This document shows positions 48,520-58,483 of a stretch of 64,000 bases of DNA, in pieces. Each line of letters starts with the position of its first letter. Within the stretch, counting starts at the first letter, position 1. Source of the stretch: Promethearchaeota archaeon (GTDB taxonomy: Archaea; Asgardarchaeota; Lokiarchaeia; Sigyniarchaeales; SOKP01); contig JAEOUA010000003.1 in assembly GCA_016839555.1 (NCBI GenBank), positions 451,610 through 515,609 on the forward strand, written 5' to 3'. Both the position numbers and the translations under genes were made by a program. The notes beneath the pieces were generated by a model that worked only from the letters and a program-made list of their open reading frames with translations, did not search any database and was not told the origin of the DNA.

Positions 48520-50865
48520 TTAATTTTTTGGGATAAAAACTTTTTTATTTATTAAATTGAAGATTGCTTCTATATTCCTTATATTTAATTCTTTATTCGA
48601 TGATATTAAAAATGAGGCAAGGAAATAATCTTGGTTCCTTTCTTTTATAATTTCTAATGCTTTTTTGACTAATTCTTCTTCATTTGAATCAATTTTTATA
48701 TCTTCAGAAATTGCGACTTTTAATGGATAATTTAATGATGTATGTAAATGTTTTTCGATTAAATTTTTAATTCCTTTAAATTGATTTATAGCACCATCAA
48801 AATCTTTAAGATATTCACCGTAACTTTTATCAATGTCATAAGATAAAGTTTTAATTGATTCATGGAAATCTTTTGAAGGATTATCTTTCATTATATTTAT
48901 AATTCGGAATTCCTTATACTCTGACATTAAGATTTTTAAATTTTTATATTCTAATTTTATAGCATGAGATTGCTCTTCGGAGCCAGTTAATTCTATTCCA
49001 AAACTACGAATTCCTTGAAGAAATCCTGCAATTAATGTGGCATCAATAGGTTGGGTTGTTAATAATTGTTCGTAAAAGTTTATACCAGAATTTTTTTCTA
49101 CAATTATTATATAATCAAGATTTAGAGCATCCATAAATTTATTGAATACTTTTTGCCTTTGTTCTGCTATTTTTCTTCTATACCTTTTAATAATTTGATA
49201 TGAGGTTAAACTAGTTGAGACAGTAATAATTGCAGATAATAAGATAATGAAAATTAATTGTGGGGTTACGATAAAACCTGTTATTTCTTCATCATTTCCA
49301 ATAAGTATAGGTGGAATAGCTGAACTAGAAATCTTGAAAGACTGGGATTGAAATCCTCCATCAGTTTCATTATTCCAAAAAATAAAGGCTTTCCATATAC
49401 CCCCGTGAGGATTTGTTGGAATTAAATAATTAAAAGCTACTTCTTCTCCAGGATCATTTTCTATTATTACTTGATATTCTTCAAAACCTAGTGAATTAAT
49501 TAATATAAAGGTAAGATTTCCTTGAGAATTTGGCGAGAAAACTGAAAATTCTAAGTCTTGTCCAGGTCCAAATTCGCTCTCAGGCGCATTTAAAGTAAAA
49601 TCAATGTTTGGAGAGTTTGCAGTTATATTCCAAATAGCCCCTGGTGTTATTGTATTATTTGAAATAATAATATAATCATTTGTAAATTGTATTTGGTCTG
49701 TAATATTAGCCCAACCTGTTCCATTATCTCTAAGGATACTTATTTTATCCCAACTTTTAGGATATTCAAATTTAACTGAATAATTATAAAAATATCTATT
49801 AATGTCGGGTAATAATGTCCATGTGTTATTGGAATCTGCTTTAATTATAATATTTCCTTCTGAAAAAAGAAAATTTTGAATCCTAATATAATAACTTACA
49901 TTTAAAAGCAATTCAATGGATTTATTGTTTTTAATCGGAAGAGATAAATATTCATTATTTGGTGAAAAATTCTTATTTGGTATAGTTAGTGTTCCAGTAT
50001 AAGGTTCTAATCCATTTGTGACATTATAATCCGTTCCACCGAATTCCACAGTCATATTAATCTCTTCTGGATTATAAGATCTATTTATTCTTTGAATTAA
50101 TTTATGTAGAAAAACTTTTTCAACACCATCCTCAACCCATTTACCACCATCATATTTCGATCTATACAAGTCCTTATATTGAGGTTGATCATTATATCTC
50201 CAATAAACCTCTATTCCTTCGTTTTCTAAGTTTGAACCATTAAGTACTAAACAATAATATCCTTCATTAAGTTGTATTTCGCTCTCAAATTCTTGCAAGT
50301 TCCAACTTGGTATCTGAGAAAAATTTAAAGTTTTAGAATTATAAATTGTTCCGTTCGGGATATTCAAACTTGAATTATATCCTTGAATCTGAACTAAGAT
50401 TTCATCATTAGGAGAATTTCCAGCCCAAAATCCATATAAATAAACACCAAAAATAGTAGTTGGTTCTGTAATATTTAATTGAATGCCCCACCCCAATTCA
50501 GTTCTTTTACTAAGTTCTTCGAATTTTACCTTGTCCCCATCCTCAATAGTTTTAACCTCTCGTCCTAGCTTAATACTTGTAAAATTCAACTCAAGATCTG
50601 TAATATTCCAAGTGGAAGATGGTAATGTAATATTTATAGAATCTACTTTATTTTTACTAGCAATATCTTCAGTAGTTTCATGTAATTGAAATTTTCTCGA
50701 ATAGATAAGAGTTTCATTGTTATATTCTATATTAGAACCGAACGGAAAATGATTATAAGATTTTATTTTGAGATGGGAAATACCTCTATTACTTCTTGAA
50801 ACTAGAAAGAAAACCGAAAAAAATAATATAATTATTATTAATATTTTCTTATTTGTTTTCTTCAA
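48520..50865 (-). CDS. Single-pass membrane protein: large extracellular region plus cytoplasmic longin/roadblock-like and wHTH-like tail
   Basis: N-terminal signal; N-x-S/T-rich beta ectodomain; TM followed by KRYRRK; IIIVEKNSGI...DATLIAGFLQGIRSFGIE. Confidence 0.7.
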   Translation of the reverse strand: MKKTNKKILIIIILFFSVFFLVSRSNRGISHLKIKSYNHFPFGSNIEYNNETLIYSRKFQLHETTEDIASKNKVDSINITLPSSTWNITDLELNFTSIKLGREVKTIEDGDKVKFEELSKRTELGWGIQLNITEPTTIFGVYLYGFWAGNSPNDEILVQIQGYNSSLNIPNGTIYNSKTLNFSQIPSWNLQEFESEIQLNEGYYCLVLNGSNLENEGIEVYWRYNDQPQYKDLYRSKYDGGKWVEDGVEKVFLHKLIQRINRSYNPEEINMTVEFGGTDYNVTNGLEPYTGTLTIPNKNFSPNNEYLSLPIKNNKSIELLLNVSYYIRIQNFLFSEGNIIIKADSNNTWTLLPDINRYFYNYSVKFEYPKSWDKISILRDNGTGWANITDQIQFTNDYIIISNNTITPGAIWNITANSPNIDFTLNAPESEFGPGQDLEFSVFSPNSQGNLTFILINSLGFEEYQVIIENDPGEEVAFNYLIPTNPHGGIWKAFIFWNNETDGGFQSQSFKISSSAIPPILIGNDEEITGFIVTPQLIFIILLSAIITVSTSLTSYQIIKRYRRKIAEQRQKVFNKFMDALNLDYIIIVEKNSGINFYEQLLTTQPIDATLIAGFLQGIRSFGIELTGSEEQSHAIKLEYKNLKILMSEYKEFRIINIMKDNPSKDFHESIKTLSYDIDKSYGEYLKDFDGAINQFKGIKNLIEKHLHTSLNYPLKVAISEDIKIDSNEEELVKKALEIIKERNQDYFLASFLISSNKELNIRNIEAIFNLINKKVFIPKN

Positions 50866-51237
50866 AGAATTAAATAAACCCCTATTATTAGCTATTTAAA
50901 GAGAATATATCTATCTAATCTAATAAAAAAACAAGTATTTAAATATAAACAATTTGATATAGTATTTTCTATTAATATTAAATAAAACTGAATAATAGAC
51001 TATAAATAATTAAAATGAAAAAAAAAATTCCCCCAGAATTTTAAAAAATGATTATATTATCATATTAGAATTTTAGTATTAAATCTTTCAATATTAGAAT
51101 TGATGTGAAAACTGAAAAATCATTATCTTAAGTATTTCCTTCAAAAAAACTTAACTTTAAATTTTCCGAGATTTAGAATTTTAGATACTTAAGAAAAGAA
51201 TATAAATTTTATATAATTTAAAAGATTTGAAATTAAA

Positions 51238-52563
51238 TTGGATTTGCAAATAAAGAATACGACTCAATTGAATGGAGAGATTACCCCTCCGGGTTCTAAA
51301 AGTTATTCACATAGAGCTTTTATTTTAGCTGCCCATGCCGATGGGGTTTCTACCCTCAAGAATCCGCTCATATCTGGAGATGTACTTGTAACTTTACAGA
51401 TTTTAAAGAAGTTGGGTATTAAAATCGAGCAACAAAAAGACAATACTTATAAAATATATGGAAAGACCCAATTTCAAGCAAATAGCCTTCAACCAATTGA
51501 TTGTAAAAATTCTGGAACATCAATACGAATTTTTAGTGCCTTGAGTTTGCTGATTGAGGGAGGCTTGACATTTACTGGTAAGTTTCTTGAGAAAAATAGA
51601 CCAATTCTTCCCCTATTGAAAGCATTAACAAATTTAGGAGCACAATACAGTTTAAAAGATCAAAAGCTACATATCCATCGAATATCTCAAGAATGTAAAA
51701 ATATAAAAATTCGGGGGGATATAAGTTCTCAGTTTATTACTGCTCTTTTAATTTTAGGTCCCTTATTGAAATGTAAGCAAAAAGAGCAAATAATAATGAA
51801 AATAACAACTCTATTAGTCTCATATCCTTATATAAAAATTACTCTCAAGGTTTTAAATGCATTTGGTATCAAGATTGAAGAAAAGCAATGGAAAAAAGGA
51901 TTGCTTGAATATAAGTTTAAGCTTGATCAAAAATTAGATCCTCAAAACTACATAATTCCTTCTGATTTTTCTTCAGCTGCCTTTATTATAGCTGCTTCTC
52001 TTCTTTCACTCACAGAGTCTCATGTTATTCTCAAAAATCTTGATTTCAAAGATCCTCAAGGAGATAAACGTATTATTGATATCTTACAGAAAATGGGAGC
52101 AAAAATCGAAGTGAATGAGCATAAAAACCAATTGATTTGCTATGGAAATATTAAAAAGAATAAATTGCAAGGCATTGAGGTAGATTGTAAGGAAATACCC
52201 GATTTATTTCCCATATTATCAGTAATTGGGGCGTATGCCCAAGGAAAGATGGTGCTTTATAATGCAGAAGGGCTTAGGCTAAAGGAAAGTGACAGAGTCT
52301 CCATTATGGCACGAGAATTACAGAAGATGGGGGTAAAGATTAAAGAATATAAAGATAAATTAATCATATATCATTGTAAAAATCTTAAGGGAACAAAAAT
52401 AGACCATGAACACGATCATAGAATTGCCATGGCTTGTACTATAGCTGCTTTATATGCATCTGAAGAATCAGAAATAGATAATATAGAAATAGTAAAAGAC
52501 TCTTATCCTACATTTATTGAGGATCTGATTAAATTAGGGGCAAATATCCAAATAATTTCTTAA
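51238..52563 (+). CDS. aroA: 3-phosphoshikimate 1-carboxyvinyltransferase (EPSP synthase)
   Basis: PGSKSYSHR, NSGTSIR, SSQFITALL, D.SSA, LRLKESDR, DHRIAM, SYPTF. Confidence 0.97.
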   Translation: MDLQIKNTTQLNGEITPPGSKSYSHRAFILAAHADGVSTLKNPLISGDVLVTLQILKKLGIKIEQQKDNTYKIYGKTQFQANSLQPIDCKNSGTSIRIFSALSLLIEGGLTFTGKFLEKNRPILPLLKALTNLGAQYSLKDQKLHIHRISQECKNIKIRGDISSQFITALLILGPLLKCKQKEQIIMKITTLLVSYPYIKITLKVLNAFGIKIEEKQWKKGLLEYKFKLDQKLDPQNYIIPSDFSSAAFIIAASLLSLTESHVILKNLDFKDPQGDKRIIDILQKMGAKIEVNEHKNQLICYGNIKKNKLQGIEVDCKEIPDLFPILSVIGAYAQGKMVLYNAEGLRLKESDRVSIMARELQKMGVKIKEYKDKLIIYHCKNLKGTKIDHEHDHRIAMACTIAALYASEESEIDNIEIVKDSYPTFIEDLIKLGANIQIIS

Positions 52564-52582
52564 TAAATTATTGACCCATTTT

Positions 52583-52993
52583 TTATCGGAAAGATTTCTG
52601 TCGTCTTGCTCGAGCTTTTTTGCCTCCGAATTTTTTAGTTTCGACTCTGCGAGAATCTCCGCTTAAAAGAGAATCATCATAATCCCTAAGTGTTTGTTCT
52701 ATCTGTTTAGTCCCCAAAAAATCATTAATTGCTCGAGCGATAGCAAACCGAACTGCATCGGTCTGCCCATTAATTCCCCCGCCTTTCACAGTAACTTCTA
52801 TATTGCATTTTTCTAATTTTTCGTCTTGTATTACTTTTAAAACTTCTTGAATTCGCATTCGGGATATCTCAGGTCGATAAATTTCTAAAGGTACTTTATT
52901 AATTTTTATTTGACCTTTTGCAGGATATCTTAATACTGCTCTGGCGATAGCTTCTTTTCGTTTACCGCTACTTTGTACTATTTCAGTGGACAT
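52583..52993 (-). CDS. rps9: 30S ribosomal protein S9 (uS9)
   Basis: GKRKEAIARA, V.GGG, D.RRVE.KKFGG.KARARRQKSFR. Confidence 0.97.
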   Translation of the reverse strand: MSTEIVQSSGKRKEAIARAVLRYPAKGQIKINKVPLEIYRPEISRMRIQEVLKVIQDEKLEKCNIEVTVKGGGINGQTDAVRFAIARAINDFLGTKQIEQTLRDYDDSLLSGDSRRVETKKFGGKKARARRQKSFR

Positions 52994-52998
52994 TTTAA

Positions 52999-53472
52999 TT
53001 AGACCTCTATTGTTTCTTTTTTGCTCTGTCCTATCCTATCACAGAGAGTACCGAGCGTAATATATTTATTATAATAAAATAAACGTTCCTTATCACAATT
53101 TGGAAGTTCTTCTTCTTGAAGCTTGGGATATTTATGTTTAAAGCGCTCTGGAATGGAACCAATATATACATGTACTCGTTTAATTGCTTCCTTTCCTCTT
53201 ATTTTTTTGGTAGGAAGCATTTGTTTAATAACCCTCTTTAAAAAAGTATCGGGTCTCCGATTATGAAAAGGTCCCCTTCTAGGATTTGTAGAAGTTCTTA
53301 TTTTAAGCTTATTTAAGTATTTCTCTAAAATATCACGTCTATTTCCACTAATTATTACATCTTTAGCATTAATAACTACCACATTTTGCCCTAGAAGTGC
53401 CTTTTTAGCTACTTGGGATGCAAATCGTCCCATAATTTTATTCGTAGCATCAATCAATATATATTCGCGCAT
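52999..53472 (-). CDS. rpl13: 50S ribosomal protein L13 (uL13)
   Basis: IDA...MGR.AS.VAK, NPRRGPFH.RRPD, MLP. Confidence 0.96.
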   Translation of the reverse strand: MREYILIDATNKIMGRFASQVAKKALLGQNVVVINAKDVIISGNRRDILEKYLNKLKIRTSTNPRRGPFHNRRPDTFLKRVIKQMLPTKKIRGKEAIKRVHVYIGSIPERFKHKYPKLQEEELPNCDKERLFYYNKYITLGTLCDRIGQSKKETIEV

Positions 53473-53493
53473 ATCTGTTCACTAAATTAATTC

Positions 53494-53850
53494 TTAATAA
53501 AATATTTTAATATTTTTTCCTTCAGGATTTTTTTCTACTAATTCTTCAATAGATAAGAGGGTCGAGCCCGAATCTACAATTTTTTCTCGGGCAGATTTAG
53601 AACAAGTTAGACACGCAATAGTAAGTTTATGATTTAAATCTCCGATCCCTAAAACTTTTCCTGGTACTACAATAATATCGCCATCTTTTGTTTTATTATT
53701 TATTCGTTTTAGGTTTGCTTCCACCCTATTACGTCTGGGACCGCTTAATTTTTTAGAAATTGTTCTCCAAATTCTTCTTCTTGTTTTCCATAAATCTCTA
53801 ATTAGCTTTCTATGCTGGAAAGGTTCCGGACCCGTTATTCTGTGGCTCAT
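53494..53850 (-). CDS. rpl18e: 50S ribosomal protein L18e (eL18)
   Basis: IW..I...L..PRR.R..NL.RI, VVPGKVLG.G, S.SA..KI, NP.G. Confidence 0.96.
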   Translation of the reverse strand: MSHRITGPEPFQHRKLIRDLWKTRRRIWRTISKKLSGPRRNRVEANLKRINNKTKDGDIIVVPGKVLGIGDLNHKLTIACLTCSKSAREKIVDSGSTLLSIEELVEKNPEGKNIKIFY

Positions 53851-53919
53851 CCAATCACTTTTTTAATTCTACTAATATGTGTATATATAAAAATTTGATA
53901 ATTTAATAAATTTATTAGA

Positions 53920-54753
53920 TTATTCTTGGATTTCAACCTTTTCCAATTTCTCTAAAAACTCATCAATTTTACCCAGAAATATTTCAAAAGTTTTTTGTAT
54001 GACAACGTTCAAAGGAAGTACACCATCACTTTCAATAGAAAAAATATAAGTATCATTTTCATGAGCTAATTTAACAGCATTTTCAGGGCAATTTTCTTCG
54101 CAAGCTCCACATAAAGTACAGTTTTTCCAATATTCTTTTTTTAATTGGGGAGTTTTATGATCCGAGAAGTCATATAAATTTTCGGGACACATCCTCGAAA
54201 CTATACATTTATCTGGACATTTAGCACATTTAGAATTATCAAATTCAATTTTTGGTAAATATCGATAAAATACATTTGAAACCGCCTGCCATTTAACATG
54301 GTCTTTAGCCCTACCTAAAATCGCATATGCTTCAAAAATTAGGCTGGAATTTTTACCTATTTTGGCAATAGGAATATTTGGATCCACAGGTATAATTTTG
54401 GGATCATTTGACTCTAAATCTCCTGAATAAATAATGAGGTTATCCTTGGAGTCATTAGTAATTTCAAGTGTTAAAGAGACTTGGCAATTAGGGCATCCGA
54501 ATCCACCACAATCGCAATCTTTTGGGAGATTATATGCTTCCAAGTCAGTAGTTAAGGGAATTAGTCCGATTCTATGAGCTAAAATATCATCATAAAGTGG
54601 AGAATCATTTTTAAGAATAATTACCTCATCAACTGCCATACACGGGATCCAAGATAGCATAATCCTGCGTAGAGCATTTACCATCTCAATCGAAATATCT
54701 TTTAAAATGAATTTAAGATTATGCTTGTCCTGTTCTAAGATTTCAAGTTCCAT
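53920..54753 (-). CDS. rpoD: DNA-directed RNA polymerase subunit D (Rpo3)
   Basis: NALRR, ND.S.LYD.ILAHRIGLIPL, H.KW, F.IESDG; CDCGGFGCPNC motif and ferredoxin-like insert. Confidence 0.96.
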   Translation of the reverse strand: MELEILEQDKHNLKFILKDISIEMVNALRRIMLSWIPCMAVDEVIILKNDSPLYDDILAHRIGLIPLTTDLEAYNLPKDCDCGGFGCPNCQVSLTLEITNDSKDNLIIYSGDLESNDPKIIPVDPNIPIAKIGKNSSLIFEAYAILGRAKDHVKWQAVSNVFYRYLPKIEFDNSKCAKCPDKCIVSRMCPENLYDFSDHKTPQLKKEYWKNCTLCGACEENCPENAVKLAHENDTYIFSIESDGVLPLNVVIQKTFEIFLGKIDEFLEKLEKVEIQE

Positions 54754-55245
54754 AATATCAAAAAGAAATATTATTAAGAAAATAAATAGTTAGTATTAAC
54801 TTTGAAAAAGGAACATAAAAGATAAATTTTATTATGAAAAAATAATATATTTCTTTTATTTAATTGTTTGAATATAGAATTCCTCCCAAGTGTGTGGTTA
54901 CTTAAATTTTTACAAAAATATTGTTAAAATCTCGTAAATTAAAATTCATTTTTCTGATTTCTTCATTAAGTATTAATTCTTATATCATAATAGGACAAGC
55001 TATAATGAAAATTAATTAAAAATTAGAATTTACAAGATGTTAAATTAAAACATTTTGGAAATTTTTTGCATTTATCAGTAGTTATTGTTCAAACGCAAAA
55101 TTTTTGAAACTAATCGTTCCAATTTTTAAGGATTAATTGAGAAAAAATCTTTGGAAACTTCAATTGACACCAAAAAACAATAAGCATCTGGATAATCTTT
55201 TCTATTATTTTCAGTAAATCCCGAAGCAACAGCATGAAGAGAGAC

Positions 55246-55650
55246 TTATAATAATCCTATAGCTCCTCCAAAAATCACAAAAATCCCGTCAATTGAAATT
55301 ATTAATAAAAATCCAGAAGATGGAATAATTAAGGTAAAATAGGATCCTATAAGCTGCACATTGAATAGTGATCCTAAGAAAGCTAAAATAATTATTATGA
55401 ATCCAACAACCAGATTTATGCCTCCGCTAAAAGTATCTCCTGGTTCATCAATTTGAAACCATACAGCTAATCCTACAAAAACAATACATGCGAAGGTTAT
55501 AAAAATAGAAATTAACCTAAAAAAAAATTGAGCTAGAGTAATAGTGGTTAAATTCCAACCAGAGAAAATTAATTCGAGCCCAGCAATACACATAAAAATT
55601 GCACCAATTACGGAAATAATACATCCTAAGATGGCTCCTACTTTTGTCAT
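55246..55650 (-). CDS. Four-TM membrane protein
   Basis: Four hydrophobic Gly-rich helices; follows glyA; ATG at 55650 or TTG at 55656. Confidence 0.65.
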   Translation of the reverse strand: MTKVGAILGCIISVIGAIFMCIAGLELIFSGWNLTTITLAQFFFRLISIFITFACIVFVGLAVWFQIDEPGDTFSGGINLVVGFIIIILAFLGSLFNVQLIGSYFTLIIPSSGFLLIISIDGIFVIFGGAIGLL

Positions 55651-55688
55651 ATTCAACTCAGCTTTATCTAATTATAATAAATATCTTT

Positions 55689-57017
55689 CTAATAAAACTT
55701 AATATATTCATATGCCTTATTTGAACTTTGAAAACAATATTTTACTACTTGGAATTGTTTTCGAAACTCTGCAATTTCATTCTTAACTTTTTTGGGATCC
55801 TTTTGTTCAATAATTAATTGTTTAAAAAATTCAGCAATATCAACCATTTCACTTTTTCCCATGCCCAAGCGAGTTACTTCACTTGTGCCAAGACGCAACC
55901 CTCCTGGATTCATATAATGTCTTCCCTCCCGGATATCCCATGGTAACAGATTGCGATTTATGATAATATTAGCACTCTCTAATAGGCGTTCAATATCTCC
56001 TCCCAAACCGATTGTCTTTTCAAAGTTTGAAATGTCTACTACTATTTGGTGAGATTCTGTAAATCCTTTCTCTTCACATAATACGTTAAACCCCCTTTCG
56101 TGTAGTGCTTCAGCAAAAGCTTTCGCATTTTCAATAACTTGTTTATGATATTTCTTCCCAAATTCAAGCATTTCTGCTAATGCTACTGCTAATCCTGCTA
56201 CATTGTGGAGATGATGATTTGAAAATAGCGCTGGAAACGCTGCATGTTTGAGTTCTTTTACTAAATCTTCTCTATTTGAAAGAACAGTCCCATGTTGAGG
56301 GCCTGGTAATGTTTTATGGGTACTTAATGCGACTGCATCAGCTCCTTCTCTGATGGGATCTTGAAAATATCCTGAACCTATTAATCCCGCAACATGTGCA
56401 GCATCATATCCAACATACGCACCAATTTCTTTCGCTACATCACTTAATTCCTTAACAGGATGTGGAAAGAGAAATACTGAGGCGCCAAATAACACTAATT
56501 CTGGTTCAAATTCTCGAATGATCTTTGCAGATTCATCTGGATCAATATTCATAGCCTCTTCATCGAATGCCAGATATTGAATATCTAGTCCACGAACAGT
56601 ACCGGCTGTGCCGAAAATAGGAGTTCCCGAACTAGTAAATTTTGGTGCATGACTAATATGACCTCCCTTAGGGATTGGCATCGCGCACATTCTTCCATTA
56701 TTTCGTGAAGTAAAGGCGTTATAAAGTACCAAATTAGCCATTACCCCTGAGATCGGCCTTACATCAGCAAAAACACAATTGAAATATTCTTTTGCGAGAT
56801 CTTGACATATAATCTCAATTTCATCTATATATTTACATCCCGCATAGACGCGTTGTCCAGGCCACCCCTCAGCATATCTATGGCTAAATTCTGAGGCGCA
56901 TGCTTCATCAACGGCGGGACTTGTAATATTCTCGGAAGCTATAAGTGGTATGGAGTTCTGAAATAATTTTGAATGTTCTTGTAAAATGGAGCGAATATCA
57001 GCTATTTTCCTATTCAA
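55689..57017 (-). CDS. glyA: Serine hydroxymethyltransferase (archaeal type)
   Basis: LIASEN, YAEG.P..R.Y.G, GGH.SH, DAAH, STHKTLPGPQ, G.RLGT. Confidence 0.97.
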   Translation of the reverse strand: MNRKIADIRSILQEHSKLFQNSIPLIASENITSPAVDEACASEFSHRYAEGWPGQRVYAGCKYIDEIEIICQDLAKEYFNCVFADVRPISGVMANLVLYNAFTSRNNGRMCAMPIPKGGHISHAPKFTSSGTPIFGTAGTVRGLDIQYLAFDEEAMNIDPDESAKIIREFEPELVLFGASVFLFPHPVKELSDVAKEIGAYVGYDAAHVAGLIGSGYFQDPIREGADAVALSTHKTLPGPQHGTVLSNREDLVKELKHAAFPALFSNHHLHNVAGLAVALAEMLEFGKKYHKQVIENAKAFAEALHERGFNVLCEEKGFTESHQIVVDISNFEKTIGLGGDIERLLESANIIINRNLLPWDIREGRHYMNPGGLRLGTSEVTRLGMGKSEMVDIAEFFKQLIIEQKDPKKVKNEIAEFRKQFQVVKYCFQSSNKAYEYIKFY

Positions 57018-57334
57018 CTTGTATCAAATTTTTTAAAATTGAAGTTTTCTTTTTATAAGTTATTGGTTAAAGGAAATTAAACAATTAAAATTTTTTTAAC
57101 TCTTACATTAATAAACGCTTATACTTTTTATATAAGGATAAGGATAAATAAAATATGCCTATATCTTATTTAAACTGTAAGCAAAATAGATTATGTTTCA
57201 TTAAAAAATAGCCTTTTATTTAATGTGTTTAGATTTTTAATATAATAGTAGAAATTTCTATTTTTTTATTTAGTAATAATAAGGAGCCTTCCTATCTGAT
57301 TACTCTTTTAATACAATGGGGTTGTGAAAAGTAT

Positions 57335-58222
57335 TTATTTTTTACTTTTTTCCAAGATTAGCCGTGCTTCATAAATATTAAGTTTTTTCCCTGCTTTCTG
57401 TTTTTCTAAAGCAGTTTTTAATTTATTTTCCATAATTTTCTCAATTTTCTTATCTTTTTCCTTCTGTTTTTTAAAGGCAGTTTTATTATATGAACTTCCT
57501 CTATCTCTTCCCCTCGACATAGTTTTACGTAATTTCATGAGTTCCAGAAATTTCTCATGATAATTATCGGCTGATTTTTTATTAGCTATTAATTTTTCTT
57601 CAATTTCACGCTTTTTATCTTTCAATTTATTGACTTGATCATAAATTTCATGCATTCTATTATGATATTTCTGTGATTTATTCGACCACTTGGTGATTTT
57701 TTCATAGATCTTGTCCAGGTTAATTTTAATGATTTCTATCTTCTTTTCGTGTTTCATAATTTCATTATACTCATCTTCTGCGAGGACTTCTTGTTTTCTC
57801 TTCGCTAATTCTCTAATCTGGTCGATAAGCTGATTTTCCTCTGCGAGATCAAGATTTTCTGTCTCAATTCTTCGTTCTAAATTTTCTATTTTATTATCAA
57901 GCTTTTTAGAAGAAACGTATTTCCCTTTATTCTTATCTCTCTGTTTTTTGAGTTGATTACTTTTATTTATTAATTCATAAAATAAATCTTTATATTCTAT
58001 TTTTTTTTCTTTTATTTTTCCTACGCGTTCATTGCATCGGTTCCTGTTTTTTTTATATTTTTTAGCTAGGTCTAGCAAAGTTTTAATTCTCTCTTCTACT
58101 TCTTGAAGGGATTTAATATATTTTTTAGTTTTTTGGTTTAATTTGTCTCTTTTTTCTCTGGCTTTCTCAATATCCGATTGCAAATTTGAAAATGATTTTT
58201 TAATAAGTTTATCTTTGCTCAT
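57335..58222 (-). CDS. Archaeal coiled-coil protein (COG1340-like)
   Basis: Long K/E heptads, LE..IET..L.L.EE, C-terminal K.GKKL..YE; ATG at 58222. Confidence 0.75.
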   Translation of the reverse strand: MSKDKLIKKSFSNLQSDIEKAREKRDKLNQKTKKYIKSLQEVEERIKTLLDLAKKYKKNRNRCNERVGKIKEKKIEYKDLFYELINKSNQLKKQRDKNKGKYVSSKKLDNKIENLERRIETENLDLAEENQLIDQIRELAKRKQEVLAEDEYNEIMKHEKKIEIIKINLDKIYEKITKWSNKSQKYHNRMHEIYDQVNKLKDKKREIEEKLIANKKSADNYHEKFLELMKLRKTMSRGRDRGSSYNKTAFKKQKEKDKKIEKIMENKLKTALEKQKAGKKLNIYEARLILEKSKK

Positions 58223-58256
58223 AACCAAATACTTTAAAATGGTTAATAAATAGGAC

Positions 58257-58274
58257 TATAAGATATATCTTATA
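58257..58274. promoter_or_regulatory. Perfect 18-bp palindrome TATAAGATATATCTTATA
   Basis: Directly visible in the divergent intergenic region about 35 nt upstream of the coiled-coil gene. Confidence 0.35.
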
Positions 58275-58483
58275 TTCAAAAAATAATAGTTAATTATAAA
58301 GTTAATCTTTTTAACTTTTATATTAGTTTAAATAAAGAATATAATTCATATACATTCACTTTAATAGGAATGTGTCATACTTGAATAATAGGACTTAGTA
58401 TACTAAATTTTTATTCAGTTCTTAAATTGTTTGACTACATATTTTTAATTTTATAATTTTTTGATAAATGGAAAAATTTCAAA

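Noticed and set aside
55126-55245. 39 open codons in frame after the TAA of the four-TM gene
   Set aside because: The stop is TAA, the extension has no recognisable motif and no start; probably chance or an unidentifiable remnant
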